From sequence record NC_054930.1: a stretch of 64,000 nt of DNA; one strand, written 5' to 3'. The position numbers and the translations under genes are program-made. A model generated the notes under the pieces. That model had not been told where the DNA came from and searched no databases. It saw only the letters and a program-made list of their open reading frames with translations. This document shows positions 28,440-41,720 of the stretch, piece by piece; positions within the stretch are counted from its first letter, which is position 1; each line of letters starts with the position of its first letter. This stretch comes from Escherichia phage PP01.

Positions 28440-28774
28440 TTCATAATCACCAGATAAGCAGATTTAGCAGTTTCAACACGATAAATTTCGTGACGAAGTT
28501 TAGTTATACTTTTAATAACAGAACTAATTATATTCTGCCCATCTTTAAAGCGGTTTTTCTTATCAATAAAAATTGCACCAGCCATCTTTTTGTGAAGCTC
28601 AACTGGATACTTCGTCACAATAATAGCATCATACACAGAAGGATGAATACTGTTCACCAGAGTATCGTTCATTAAAGTTATTCTAATGAACTGAGCTGTT
28701 TCAGAATCAAGCGCTCTATGATCGCCAGTATCATTTTCAAGACAATTATCAATTATATCAGTTAAATTCATCAT
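28436..28774 (-). CDS. Hypothetical protein (cd.1-like)
   Basis: 112-aa ORF; ATGA overlap with the cd start. Confidence 0.5.
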   Translation of the reverse strand: MMNLTDIIDNCLENDTGDHRALDSETAQFIRITLMNDTLVNSIHPSVYDAIIVTKYPVELHKKMAGAIFIDKKNRFKDGQNIISSVIKSITKLRHEIYRVETAKSAYLVIMK

Positions 28775-29007
28775 AGTACGCCATACACCCTTTGTGCTTC
28801 AACTAATCCATCAAAATCCAATTTGAGATGTGTTATTTGGTCACCATCACCTGGATTCACAATTACTAATACTGAACGAGGAGTTTCGGTAATAACACGA
28901 ACCGACGTTTCAGGAAATCGTTCAGAAACCTTATTTACCAATTCCTGAGCAAATAGTTTAACTTTTTCTTGGAATTCTTTAACAGTAATTGGATTTTCAC
29001 TTAGCAT
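28771..29007 (-). CDS. Hypothetical protein
   Basis: 78-aa ORF; overlapping start/stop. Confidence 0.5.
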   Translation of the reverse strand: MLSENPITVKEFQEKVKLFAQELVNKVSERFPETSVRVITETPRSVLVIVNPGDGDQITHLKLDFDGLVEAQRVYGVL

Positions 29008-29528
29008 GTTGATCCAAGCTCCTTACTTTCAACGTTTTTAACTAATTTGACAGAAACTAATTCAGCATCTTGAGTAATCATTACCGGACCTTCTTCATAC
29101 TCTTCAAGATATTCTAGAGCTTTCTTTTTAGCTTCTTCCTTCGTATCAGTTTGAGCATAGATATAGAACATACAACCAGTAATACCTACTACTTTCCACT
29201 TAATTTCTTTATCAGCTTTAATTTCAAATTTACTGGCAGAATCATCTTTTTGAACTTCTTCGAAAAAAGAATATTCTAACATATAAGCAATTGAAAATAA
29301 CGGACTAACTTTATAGGATTCGCCCATTACATCAACAGCTTTATACCAACAGTCATCAATTTCGCGTTTAATGCTAATAACATTTTTCGCAGGATCTATT
29401 TTTACTTTAAATGAATTTTCCCCAATAAACTGGGCAATTCGTTTATTAGCCCCACAAGTTTCATTAAAAATATCTTTATATCCAGCTTTAAAGCGATAAA
29501 CCTTATCTTCTTCAAACCATTCGCTCAT
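29001..29528 (-). CDS. Hypothetical protein
   Basis: 175-aa ORF preceded by an early promoter and GAGGAAA SD. Confidence 0.55.
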   Translation of the reverse strand: MSEWFEEDKVYRFKAGYKDIFNETCGANKRIAQFIGENSFKVKIDPAKNVISIKREIDDCWYKAVDVMGESYKVSPLFSIAYMLEYSFFEEVQKDDSASKFEIKADKEIKWKVVGITGCMFYIYAQTDTKEEAKKKALEYLEEYEEGPVMITQDAELVSVKLVKNVESKELGSTC

Positions 29529-29558
29529 TTCAATTTCCTCATTTGTTTTGGTAGAGCT

Positions 29559-29587
29559 ATAATATCACAACTCTACCGTAAAGTAAA
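29559..29587 (-). promoter_or_regulatory. Early promoter
   Basis: Minus strand GTTTACT-N17-TATTAT; -10 lies inside inverted repeat GGTAGAG...CTCTACC. Confidence 0.5.
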
Positions 29588-29590
29588 CTG

Positions 29591-29866
29591 TTAAATTGCT
29601 TTGAATTCTGATGTCTGCGATTCAAAGCGAATATCGCCCTTGATAACTAACTCAGCATCAAGACCGAATACGACAATGATATGCGCGGAACCTGGATACA
29701 GCGTAATGGCGATAGAATCCACCTGGTCTGGAAGCAAAGTGTTCAATACATGAGTCACTTGAGCGTGGATTCGAAGTTCAGCTGCATTATCAAGCTTTTC
29801 AAACATGTTATTAACGATAATTTGACTAAACACTACTTCTACGATTTTAGAATAAGTCGGAAACAT
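29591..29866 (-). CDS. Hypothetical protein
   Basis: 91-aa ORF, ATG start. Confidence 0.45.
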   Translation of the reverse strand: MFPTYSKIVEVVFSQIIVNNMFEKLDNAAELRIHAQVTHVLNTLLPDQVDSIAITLYPGSAHIIVVFGLDAELVIKGDIRFESQTSEFKAI

Positions 29867-29868
29867 AT

Positions 29869-30069
29869 TTACCTCACATAATTTTCTTCAAGCCAATCAA
29901 TAACATCCAACGCATTATCAAAAGTTGAACCATCTACTTTGTCTTCTGTTTCATAATCAAGAACATCTAAACCTACTCTTCCATCAACAATAGGCCATAA
30001 ACAAAATAGATATTTCTTTTCTTTTTCAATTTTATCACAAAGTCGATAAATCTTTTCTATGTTATTCAT
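29869..30069 (-). CDS. Hypothetical acidic protein
   Basis: 66-aa ORF, ATG start. Confidence 0.45.
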   Translation of the reverse strand: MNNIEKIYRLCDKIEKEKKYLFCLWPIVDGRVGLDVLDYETEDKVDGSTFDNALDVIDWLEENYVR

Positions 30070-30258
30070 AAGTTTTCCATGGTAAAGGCAGTTTAGTTTT
30101 CTTTACTGTTAGTTCAACATCAGGATTCTTTTCTCTTAATTTAAGACATTCCTCCCAAGCCCTAATTTCACTAGTGAATACGCAAAATTGCCCATTACTA
30201 GTACCAACTAAATCGCTATTTACAATAACAATAGCCCAAGTTTCATGATGCCAAGCCA

Positions 30259-30259
<1 letters not shown>
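30062..30259 (-). CDS. Hypothetical protein
   Basis: 65-aa ORF; stop overlaps the pseT start region. Confidence 0.45.
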
Positions 30260-31477
<1,218 letters not shown>

Positions 31478-31481
<4 letters not shown>

Positions 31482-31708
31482 TTATTTTTCTCAACCAATG
31501 ATTGAATATAATCATGCAGGTCTTTAGATGCTTTGCCCCACTTATTTTGATATTCATTTTTGAGATTAGCACGTGATTGAGCTAATAAAACATCATTAGT
31601 TGGAGGTAAAGATTCTAATCGTTGAATCTGGCGTCCATAAATCATTGCAGCCATCTCAGATTCATAAATCAATCCTTTGAGATGTTCAAATTGATGCCAT
31701 GAAATCAT
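31478..31708 (-). CDS. Hypothetical protein
   Basis: 76-aa ORF, ATG start. Confidence 0.45.
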
Positions 31709-32004
31709 TTACATTTATCCTCTTTTAGCTCTTGACGATAATAACATATCATAGTTTTTTGGTCATGTACATATCGTTTTACATCATTAAGCCAAATACG
31801 AAATTCCTGAGAATCTTCGAATGGCATACCGACCCAAGCTTTACCATCAATAACTTTAACTTGCCAAGATAGTTTAGCTTCGTCATATGACTTTATTTGC
31901 ACAGGCCAATTAGGATGAACTGTTTCTTTCTTTACTTCTAGAGGCTTTGTCGAACAACCAACTAGAAGACCAATAGATAATATTACTGCTGATAGTTTAA
32001 TCAT
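31705..32004 (-). CDS. Outer-membrane spanin (o-spanin lipoprotein; T4 pseT.2-like)
   Basis: N-terminal signal with lipobox LLVGC; ATGA overlap with the upstream i-spanin. Confidence 0.7.
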   Translation of the reverse strand: MIKLSAVILSIGLLVGCSTKPLEVKKETVHPNWPVQIKSYDEAKLSWQVKVIDGKAWVGMPFEDSQEFRIWLNDVKRYVHDQKTMICYYRQELKEDKCK

Positions 32005-32354
32005 TTAGAAAGGTCCTGGATGTCTTCTGCGAACTTGTTGAAGGAGTTGTTGATTTGTTTTTCAACCAATCCTGGCTTATGAGCCACCACATCCGCCTTC
32101 TTTGCATCTTTGCGCAGTTTTTCATTTTCACGCTCAATAGCAGCAATTGCCTCACGATTTTTATTATTCATCGCATCAATATAATTATATTGAATTTTTA
32201 AATCATTCAATGCTAAAGCGTTTTCATTGGCCGTTTTTGTAATTTCAGTAACCGATGTTTCTAATCTTTCTACCTTATTTTTTAAAATAATAGATGTTCC
32301 GCCAAATGCTATTACAAGTAATAGCAATCCAGCTGTAAAATTACTTACATGCAT
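32001..32354 (-). CDS. Inner-membrane spanin (i-spanin; T4 pseT.3-like)
   Basis: N-terminal TM helix FTAGLLLLVIAFGGTSIIL then coiled-coil-like periplasmic region; paired with the lipoprotein. Confidence 0.7.
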   Translation of the reverse strand: MHVSNFTAGLLLLVIAFGGTSIILKNKVERLETSVTEITKTANENALALNDLKIQYNYIDAMNNKNREAIAAIERENEKLRKDAKKADVVAHKPGLVEKQINNSFNKFAEDIQDLSK

Positions 32355-32851
32355 AAAGTTTTAATAACCTCTACAATATCGTCTTGAGAAAGACCGTTAA
32401 TTAAAATATGATGTTCAGCTGGAGATTTAGAAATTTTAAAGCATGCCTCAACATCTTCTGCCATATCTGATGCGCTACGATTTGGATTACTAATTCCAAG
32501 ACGATGTTTTCCCGTCAAAGGATTAACGATGATGTAGCATTTACAGCTATTAATGTGAACATTAGGTTGAGTCTGATTAATGAATACTTCACAATCGTAT
32601 TTCGCAAGCTGATTTTCTAAAAAGACTTTCATCTCCTCGACCGCATCAGGAAGCATATCACGAGCTTGCTCAAGACGACGATTTCGATATTCTTTGATGG
32701 TCGTTTTCCGCTTAACTTGCTTAGCTAAATCTTTCTTAAGATCGGTGATATATCCAACTCGACGATTTCCTTTGAATACAGAAATCCCATCTGTAGTATC
32801 ACCGTATGCTTCAACGACCATCTCAGTAGTAATAAACTGCAAATCCATCAT
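32345..32851 (-). CDS. alc: Alc, inhibitor of host transcription
   Basis: 168 aa, close to T4 Alc (167 aa); position between rnlA and pseT cluster; early promoter upstream. Confidence 0.6.
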   Translation of the reverse strand: MMDLQFITTEMVVEAYGDTTDGISVFKGNRRVGYITDLKKDLAKQVKRKTTIKEYRNRRLEQARDMLPDAVEEMKVFLENQLAKYDCEVFINQTQPNVHINSCKCYIIVNPLTGKHRLGISNPNRSASDMAEDVEACFKISKSPAEHHILINGLSQDDIVEVIKTLCM

Positions 32852-32879
32852 AAAGTCCTCATGTTATGTCAGTAAGATT

Positions 32880-32908
32880 ATTATAACACAACACGAGGGA
32901 CTTGTAAA
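32880..32908 (-). promoter_or_regulatory. Early promoter for alc
   Basis: Minus strand GTTTACA-N17-TATAAT; 55-bp cassette identical to 17271-17325. Confidence 0.6.
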
Positions 32909-32912
32909 CAGC

Positions 32913-34500
<1,588 letters not shown>

Positions 34501-34527
34501 AATAAAATGGGCCTTGCGGCCCACTCC

Positions 34528-35697
34528 TTAAAAATATTTTTTAAAACTCATCATAACTTTATCATCAACATCATTATCAATCTGTGCTACAAGGTAAGAT
34601 GACAGTTCTACTTCTTGCGGCGCGGATTGAACATTATCAGAATTAAGATATTCACGAATCCAAGGATATGGATGTTTAACCGGAGCATCGGTAATTGGGC
34701 ATGGAAGACCGCACTGTTTCATACGAGATACAGTTAAGTAATCAATAAAGCTCCACATGCTATTTGTATTTAATCCAGGAACATCACCATCTTTAAATAA
34801 ATGAACTGCCCAATCTTTTTCTTGACGGTTAACTTCCATGAAAATATCAACTGCTTCTTGTTCACACTCTTGAGCAATTTTAACCCATTCATCACCGTCA
34901 GTGCCAAGTTGAAGTTGACGAATAATATATTGAGTGCCTTTAAGATGAAGTTGCTCATCGCGCGCAATGAACTTCATAATCTTAGCATTACCTTCCATGA
35001 TTTCCATGTTCTTATGGAAGTTAAAGGTACATGCGAAAGATACATAAAAACGAATAGCTTCCAATGCATTGATTACATGAAGGCAAAGATAAAGAGATTT
35101 CATTAGTGCTCGTTTAGTACATTCAACAACTTTGCCTAACTCTTCTTTACGAAATCCTTCTGATAAAATTCCTTCATAATCTTCAACCGCATTCTGATAT
35201 TCACGAGTCTTAACTAGAACATCATCATAATAGCGACCAATGGACTCGGCACGTTTCATAATAGCTTTATCTAATACAATCTCATCAAATACCTTTGATG
35301 GATCAGTATAAAGATTTCGCATGATATGAGTATATGAACGGCTGTGAATAGTTTCACTAAAAGTCCATGTAGCAACCCATGTATCAAGACTTGGGTCTGA
35401 AATTAATGACATAAGTACAGCAGACGGTGCACGACCCTGAATGCTATCCAAAAGTGATTGATACTTCAGGTTATTAGTAAAAATATCTTGCTGATACTGA
35501 GGAAGCTTGTTAAATTGTGCAGCATCCATCATCAAGTTTACTTCTTCAGGACGCCAGAAAAATGACAACTGCTTTTCAGTTAAATCTTCAAAAACTTTAT
35601 GACGTTGAATATCATAACGCGCAATACCAAGACCTGAACCGAAGAACATAGGTTCTTTTAAAACATCAACTGGATTTGTATTAAAAACTGTGCTCAT
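34528..35697 (-). CDS. nrdB: Ribonucleotide reductase beta subunit, uninterrupted (no intron)
   Basis: 389-aa continuous ORF. Confidence 0.85.
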   Translation of the reverse strand: MSTVFNTNPVDVLKEPMFFGSGLGIARYDIQRHKVFEDLTEKQLSFFWRPEEVNLMMDAAQFNKLPQYQQDIFTNNLKYQSLLDSIQGRAPSAVLMSLISDPSLDTWVATWTFSETIHSRSYTHIMRNLYTDPSKVFDEIVLDKAIMKRAESIGRYYDDVLVKTREYQNAVEDYEGILSEGFRKEELGKVVECTKRALMKSLYLCLHVINALEAIRFYVSFACTFNFHKNMEIMEGNAKIMKFIARDEQLHLKGTQYIIRQLQLGTDGDEWVKIAQECEQEAVDIFMEVNRQEKDWAVHLFKDGDVPGLNTNSMWSFIDYLTVSRMKQCGLPCPITDAPVKHPYPWIREYLNSDNVQSAPQEVELSSYLVAQIDNDVDDKVMMSFKKYF

Positions 35698-35748
35698 AAA
35701 TTTTCCGCTTAGTTAATAGATAGTGACTCGTCCGTGAGTCAAATTATA

Positions 35749-38013
35749 TCATAATTTACAGGATGAACAATCTTCAGCTTTTGGAGTTTCTATTTCATAA
35801 TCATCAGTACCAGAACCATCACGGGTATTATGATAATAGAAATTTTTTCCGCCAAAATACCAAAAATACAAAAGGTCATCAATCATTACAGACATTGGAA
35901 CCTTTCCTTTTGGAAAAATCTGCGGGTCATAATATGTATTCGCTGAAGCTGATTGACATACCCATTTCAGCATAATAGCTACCTGCGTAAGATAAGGTTT
36001 ATTACCTTTCTTAGCTAATTTCCATGTATAATCATAGAGGTCTATGTTATGTTCAATATTGGGCACGACTTGATTAAAGGAACCCTCTTTTGATTCTTTA
36101 ACCGAGACTGGTCCACGTGGAGGCTCGATACCATTTGTACTGTTAGAAACTTGGGAAGATGACTCACATGGCATAAGTGCTGATAATGTGCTATTACGGA
36201 TGCCAAAGAGCTTAAGGTCTTCCCGCAGCGCCGACCAGTCACAAACGTATTTTGGAGCTGCGATTTGATCAATCTTTTTATTGTACCAGTCGATAGGTAA
36301 TTCGTCTCGAGACCAACGAGTGTCTGAATAATATTCGCAAGGTCCTTTTTCTTTGGCGAGCTTAATGGATGCTTTAATGAGTCCATACTGTAGTCTCTCA
36401 AATAGTTCATGTGTTAAATCGTTAGCATCTTCATAAGAAGCAAAGTTACTTGCCAGCCAAGCTGCATAGTTAGTAACACCTACACCAAGATTTCGACGCT
36501 TTTTAGCTTTTTCTGCTTCAGGAACTGGATATCCTTGGTAATCCAAAAGATTATCAAGAGCACGAACTTGGACTTCTGCCAATTCATTAATTTTATCTTG
36601 GTCTTGCCAATCGAAGTTATCCAACACAAATGCAGATAACGTACACAATCCAATTTCAGCATCAGGACTATTCACATCATTTGTTGGAATAGCAATTTCA
36701 CAGCACAAGTTACTCTGACGAATAGGTGCCTTTTCACGAATAAACGGAGTATAGTTATTCGTATTATCAATGAACTGTACATAAATCCTTGCTGTTCCTG
36801 AGCGTTCAGTCATGAGCAATTCAAATAATTCACGAGCTTTAATACGCTTTTTACGAATATTAGGATCTTTTTCTGCTGCTTCGTATAATTCACGGAAACG
36901 GTCTTGGTCTTTAAAATAAGAATAATAAAGCTCGCCACCCATTTCATGCGGACTGAACAAAGTAATGTAGTCGTTCTTTCCAAACCGTTCCATCATCAAA
37001 TCATTCAGCTGGACGCCATAATCCATATGACGGATACGGTTTTCTTCTACACCTTTGTTATTTTTCAAAACGAGAAGATTTTCAACTTCCAAATGCCAAA
37101 TAGGATAATAAGCAGTAGCAGCGCCGCCACGAATTCCGCCCTGTGAACATGATTTAACAGCAGTCTGAAAATGTTTCCAAAAAGGAATAACCCCAGTATG
37201 ACGCACTTCACCTGTGCCAATCTTAGAACCTTCGGCACGAATCATACCAACGTTAATGCCGATTCCAGCTCGTTTAGAAATATACTCAACAATTGAAGCA
37301 GAAGCCTTATTGATAGACTTCAGCGAATCACCTGCCTCAATAACAACGCATGAACTAAATTGCCGAGTCGGAGTACGACATCCAGCCATAATAGGAGTTG
37401 GCAATGAAATCTGTCGAGTAGATACTGCTTCATAAAAACGGATAACGTGTTTTAATCTATCAACAGGTTCATCTTGATGCAATGCCATTCCAATAGTCAT
37501 AAATGCAAACTGTGGAGTTTCATAAATTTGACCAGTGGTTTTATCTTTAACGAGATATTTTTCTTTTAATTGCATCGCCCCGGAATAAGTAAATTCCATA
37601 TCCCGCTCATGCTTAATTTTTGATTCTAAAAATGTAATTTCTTCTGCTGAATATTTTGACAACAATTCAGGGTCATATTTACCTTCATTTACGCAGTAAG
37701 AAATATGGTCAATAAATGAACGTGGTTCATACTGCCCATAAACATGCTTACGAAGAGCGAACATTAAACAGCGCGCAGCTACGTATTGATAATCAGGCTC
37801 TTCAACTGAAATAGAATTCGCAGCAGCCTTAATGACAATAGTCTGAATGTCATCAGTTGTCATTCCATCACGGAGATATGATTTAATATTTTCATATAAT
37901 TCATAAGGATCTACAGATGTTCCTTCAGCTGCCCAAGATAAAACTTTAATAATTTTTTGCGGGTCAAAGCTTTGAGAAACACCACTACTTTTGATAACAT
38001 TAATTAATTGCAT
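35749..38013 (-). CDS. nrdA: Ribonucleotide reductase alpha subunit
   Basis: 754 aa as in T4 NrdA; ATP-cone N-terminus; synteny. Confidence 0.9.
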   Translation of the reverse strand: MQLINVIKSSGVSQSFDPQKIIKVLSWAAEGTSVDPYELYENIKSYLRDGMTTDDIQTIVIKAAANSISVEEPDYQYVAARCLMFALRKHVYGQYEPRSFIDHISYCVNEGKYDPELLSKYSAEEITFLESKIKHERDMEFTYSGAMQLKEKYLVKDKTTGQIYETPQFAFMTIGMALHQDEPVDRLKHVIRFYEAVSTRQISLPTPIMAGCRTPTRQFSSCVVIEAGDSLKSINKASASIVEYISKRAGIGINVGMIRAEGSKIGTGEVRHTGVIPFWKHFQTAVKSCSQGGIRGGAATAYYPIWHLEVENLLVLKNNKGVEENRIRHMDYGVQLNDLMMERFGKNDYITLFSPHEMGGELYYSYFKDQDRFRELYEAAEKDPNIRKKRIKARELFELLMTERSGTARIYVQFIDNTNNYTPFIREKAPIRQSNLCCEIAIPTNDVNSPDAEIGLCTLSAFVLDNFDWQDQDKINELAEVQVRALDNLLDYQGYPVPEAEKAKKRRNLGVGVTNYAAWLASNFASYEDANDLTHELFERLQYGLIKASIKLAKEKGPCEYYSDTRWSRDELPIDWYNKKIDQIAAPKYVCDWSALREDLKLFGIRNSTLSALMPCESSSQVSNSTNGIEPPRGPVSVKESKEGSFNQVVPNIEHNIDLYDYTWKLAKKGNKPYLTQVAIMLKWVCQSASANTYYDPQIFPKGKVPMSVMIDDLLYFWYFGGKNFYYHNTRDGSGTDDYEIETPKAEDCSSCKL

Positions 38014-38330
38014 AAGTCCTCAACTTGAAAATCGTCTTTAAACAATCGGTTAACTATATGAGCTATTATATCACCATGACACGGCTTTGGTTTACATGTG
38101 CATCCTAGCCTCATTCCACGTAAAGGCTCTAAATGTGCTTTAGTTATTTCTCCGGATTTAATTCGACGTATAAAATCTTTTTTAAATAATTCAATGGCAG
38201 CCTCCCGGCTGCCAGCATCTTTACCGACGTAATTTCCCCAAAATGTACCGCGGTGAATATTAACATCAAAGTCGGATTTATATTTATTCACTACCCGGCA
38301 TAGACGGCCCGCGCGGTGATAATTCAGCAT
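38004..38330 (-). CDS. Hypothetical protein with Cys/His cluster (nrdA.1-like)
   Basis: 108-aa ORF; [13 protein letters not shown] motif; start uncertain (ATG 38330, or a GTG overlapping the upstream stop). Confidence 0.5.
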   Translation of the reverse strand: MLNYHRAGRLCRVVNKYKSDFDVNIHRGTFWGNYVGKDAGSREAAIELFKKDFIRRIKSGEITKAHLEPLRGMRLGCTCKPKPCHGDIIAHIVNRLFKDDFQVEDLCN

Positions 38331-38547
38331 ATTGTTTTTCCGTCAAAACAGTAATATCGTAGTAACAGTCAGAAGAAGTTTTAACTGTGGAAATTTTATT
38401 ATCAAAATACTCACGGGTCATTTTATGAGTATAATATTTTTTACCATAAATGATAATAGGCTGATTTGGTCCTGGAACTTCTAACTCACTTGGGTTAGGA
38501 AGTGTAAAAAGAACGGCACCAGAAGTATCTTTAAATCGTAAAATCAT
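38284..38547 (-). CDS. Hypothetical protein (nrdA.2-like)
   Basis: 87 aa from ATG 38547 with GAGAGGA SD; the track start at 38559 is a TTG. Confidence 0.5.
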   Translation of the reverse strand: MILRFKDTSGAVLFTLPNPSELEVPGPNQPIIIYGKKYYTHKMTREYFDNKISTVKTSSDCYYDITVLTEKQYAELSPRGPSMPGSE

Positions 38548-38570
38548 ATATCCTCTCAATTAAATTAAAA

Positions 38571-39431
38571 TTATACCGCCATCTTTCCTTTAATTGGCGG
38601 GTGAGATACATAGTTGTTAAGAACGAAATCTTTAGGTCTAAGTTTAAGAACATATTTTAATTGTTCTTTAGTAGAAAGATATCGGAATTTATAAGGTAGA
38701 CCACTTATTACCAGCTCACAAAGCTCTTTAGGTTCACGCCTCAAAATTTCTTTACACTGTTCTACGTGATTCATATAGATATGAGTATTACCACCAGAAA
38801 ATATCAAATCTCCTGGAATAAGATTACACATCTTAGCTACAATATGAACTAACGTAGCATATGATGCAATATTAAATGGAAGACCGAGAAAAACATCTAC
38901 CGAACGTTGATACCACTGCAAATCCAAATAGCCATTACGCACATTAAACTGATAGAACATATGACAAGGCGGTAATGCCATATATTTAAGTTCAGCTGGA
39001 TTCCATGCTGAAACAATTTGACGCCTATCATTTGGCAGTTTTTTAATACGATCAACAACTTCTATAATTTGGTCTACACCACCAAAATCACGCCACTGTT
39101 TTCCATAAATTGGACCAAGTTCACCGCTATGATACCCTAAATCTTTTGCCTGATTTTCGTAATTTTCATCCCAAACTGTTTTGCCTTGAATTAATGAATC
39201 GTGCTGAATTAATCGTAAATCATTGACATTTGTGCTTCCTGATAAAAACCAAAGCAGCTCAGCAATGCAAGCTTTCCAGGCGAGCTTCTTAGTTGTTACC
39301 GCAGGAAAACCTTTAGTTAAATCCCAGCGTAATTTAGTACCAAACAAAGCAATTGTTCCTGTGCCTGTTCGGTCATCGGTTTCATAGCCATTTTCAAAAA
39401 TGTCTTTAATTAAATCTTGGTATTGTTTCAT
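38571..39431 (-). CDS. td: Thymidylate synthase, uninterrupted (no intron)
   Basis: 286-aa continuous ORF; T4 td is intron-interrupted. Confidence 0.9.
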   Translation of the reverse strand: MKQYQDLIKDIFENGYETDDRTGTGTIALFGTKLRWDLTKGFPAVTTKKLAWKACIAELLWFLSGSTNVNDLRLIQHDSLIQGKTVWDENYENQAKDLGYHSGELGPIYGKQWRDFGGVDQIIEVVDRIKKLPNDRRQIVSAWNPAELKYMALPPCHMFYQFNVRNGYLDLQWYQRSVDVFLGLPFNIASYATLVHIVAKMCNLIPGDLIFSGGNTHIYMNHVEQCKEILRREPKELCELVISGLPYKFRYLSTKEQLKYVLKLRPKDFVLNNYVSHPPIKGKMAV

Positions 39432-39476
39432 TTAGTACCTTATATAAATTATAATACATTTTATGAAGCTAAATAA

Positions 39477-39824
39477 TCAATACGGTTTAGCATCAAATTT
39501 TCTCTCAATTTCAGGCGTGAAGTATAATTCTTTGCCACGTTTGGAAAAGCGACCAATAATATGATAATTATTCTCATCAAACGTAATATTGCCAATATCC
39601 ATGGCTTTCAACCAAATATCGATATTTCTATCCAGTTTTATATCAAAATTCCAATACGGAGAACTATTACCGAAAATACTGCAAGCGGATTCAGTGAAAC
39701 AACTACTATAAATCTTGTCTTTAGGAACTACTAATTGATAGACGCCTTTAATAAACTGAGGACCCTGCCATTTAGGTTGTTTCGCGTCTTTTTCTAATAG
39801 AATAGGGTAATAATTAAAATTCAT
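39477..39824 (-). CDS. Hypothetical protein between frd and td
   Basis: 115 aa from ATG 39824; the track start at 39836 is a GTG; no recognisable motif. Confidence 0.5.
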   Translation of the reverse strand: MNFNYYPILLEKDAKQPKWQGPQFIKGVYQLVVPKDKIYSSCFTESACSIFGNSSPYWNFDIKLDRNIDIWLKAMDIGNITFDENNYHIIGRFSKRGKELYFTPEIERKFDAKPY

Positions 39825-39844
39825 ATTTTCCGCCACGCATTATT

Positions 39845-40671
<827 letters not shown>

Positions 40672-40681
40672 ATTATTTTCC

Positions 40682-40924
40682 TTAAACAGACTTTTTCACA
40701 ATTTTCCAATCAGCTTTAAACTGCTCGACGTCAGAATGGTAAATCCAGAATCCTGCGCTTTCTCCATCCTCATAAAGAGGACATCCATCGCATTCATCTT
40801 CCCATCCCATATCACGTAAAAGATGTTCAGCTTTTTCAACAAGTTCAGAATCTTTACCGATGATATTAAAATACCATTTACCTCTAACTTCTGAATCTTT
40901 GATGCTTTGGCGTTGTAATCTCAT
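40682..40924 (-). CDS. Hypothetical protein (frd.2-like)
   Basis: 80-aa ORF with ATG start. Confidence 0.5.
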   Translation of the reverse strand: MRLQRQSIKDSEVRGKWYFNIIGKDSELVEKAEHLLRDMGWEDECDGCPLYEDGESAGFWIYHSDVEQFKADWKIVKKSV

Positions 40925-40978
40925 TTTATTCTCCTTAATTGATAGGGTAATAGTATCACGCTACTACCCTTCTGTAAA

Positions 40979-41359
40979 CTACTTTTTGAAAGTTTTTCGC
41001 AAAAGTTCAATGATTTCATCTACATTGTTTTCGTCAACAATGCAGTGAATTTTTGTTACGCCAGAAACCGGGTCTTTGACTTCATCTTTTTCAGAAGTCG
41101 GTTCTTTATACTCACGAAAACAATGAAATTCGTCTTCGCAAATTTCTAAAAGTCTATCTTTGAGGTAAAAATGTTTTCCATTTGCGCATTCAATGTGTTT
41201 TACTGCTTTATATCCATTAGCGACGGAAACTTCTTTAACTTCAAACCATCCGCCATTCTCTCGAATGGCTTTAACTATTGATGAATTAGAACGTGGGCTA
41301 TAATTAATAAATGTATCAATAAGTCTTGGAACAAGTTCATACTTTTTACCGGTATACAT
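40979..41359 (-). CDS. Hypothetical protein (frd.3-like)
   Basis: 126-aa ORF with GAGGAAA SD. Confidence 0.5.
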   Translation of the reverse strand: MYTGKKYELVPRLIDTFINYSPRSNSSIVKAIRENGGWFEVKEVSVANGYKAVKHIECANGKHFYLKDRLLEICEDEFHCFREYKEPTSEKDEVKDPVSGVTKIHCIVDENNVDEIIELLRKTFKK

Positions 41360-41403
41360 TACGGTTTCCTCATTTTAACGGGGCTGTAATAGCCCCTTGA
41401 TAA

Positions 41404-41631
41404 TTATTGTTCAATCAGTCCCATGTAAAATTCTGCGTCTTCAGAATCCATGCCATCACAATATTCATTAGCCATAAAGAGGGTGAGGTCTTCAAGAGGA
41501 CCTTTAATAACGATTTGAATACTCCAAAACTTAGAATCTTGCACGCTTGTGATACTAAGTTCAGGATAACGATTACGAATAATCTCTTCAATATATTCAA
41601 AATCAACGATGTCAATATCAACTTTAGCCAT
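41404..41631 (-). CDS. Hypothetical acidic protein
   Basis: 75 aa from ATG 41631 (SD AAGAGGAAAA); the longer track ORF would start upstream of its own promoter. Confidence 0.5.
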   Translation of the reverse strand: MAKVDIDIVDFEYIEEIIRNRYPELSITSVQDSKFWSIQIVIKGPLEDLTLFMANEYCDGMDSEDAEFYMGLIEQ

Positions 41632-41674
41632 ATTATTTTCCTCTTTAATCATCAGCAGTATTGCCGATAGTTGT

Positions 41675-41703
41675 ATAGTACCATGGAAGGACAAGGATGT
41701 AAA
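41675..41703 (-). promoter_or_regulatory. Early promoter
   Basis: Minus strand GTTTACA-N17-TACTAT with A/T-rich upstream region. Confidence 0.5.
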
Positions 41704-41720
41704 CAGTTTTGTGAAAAATT

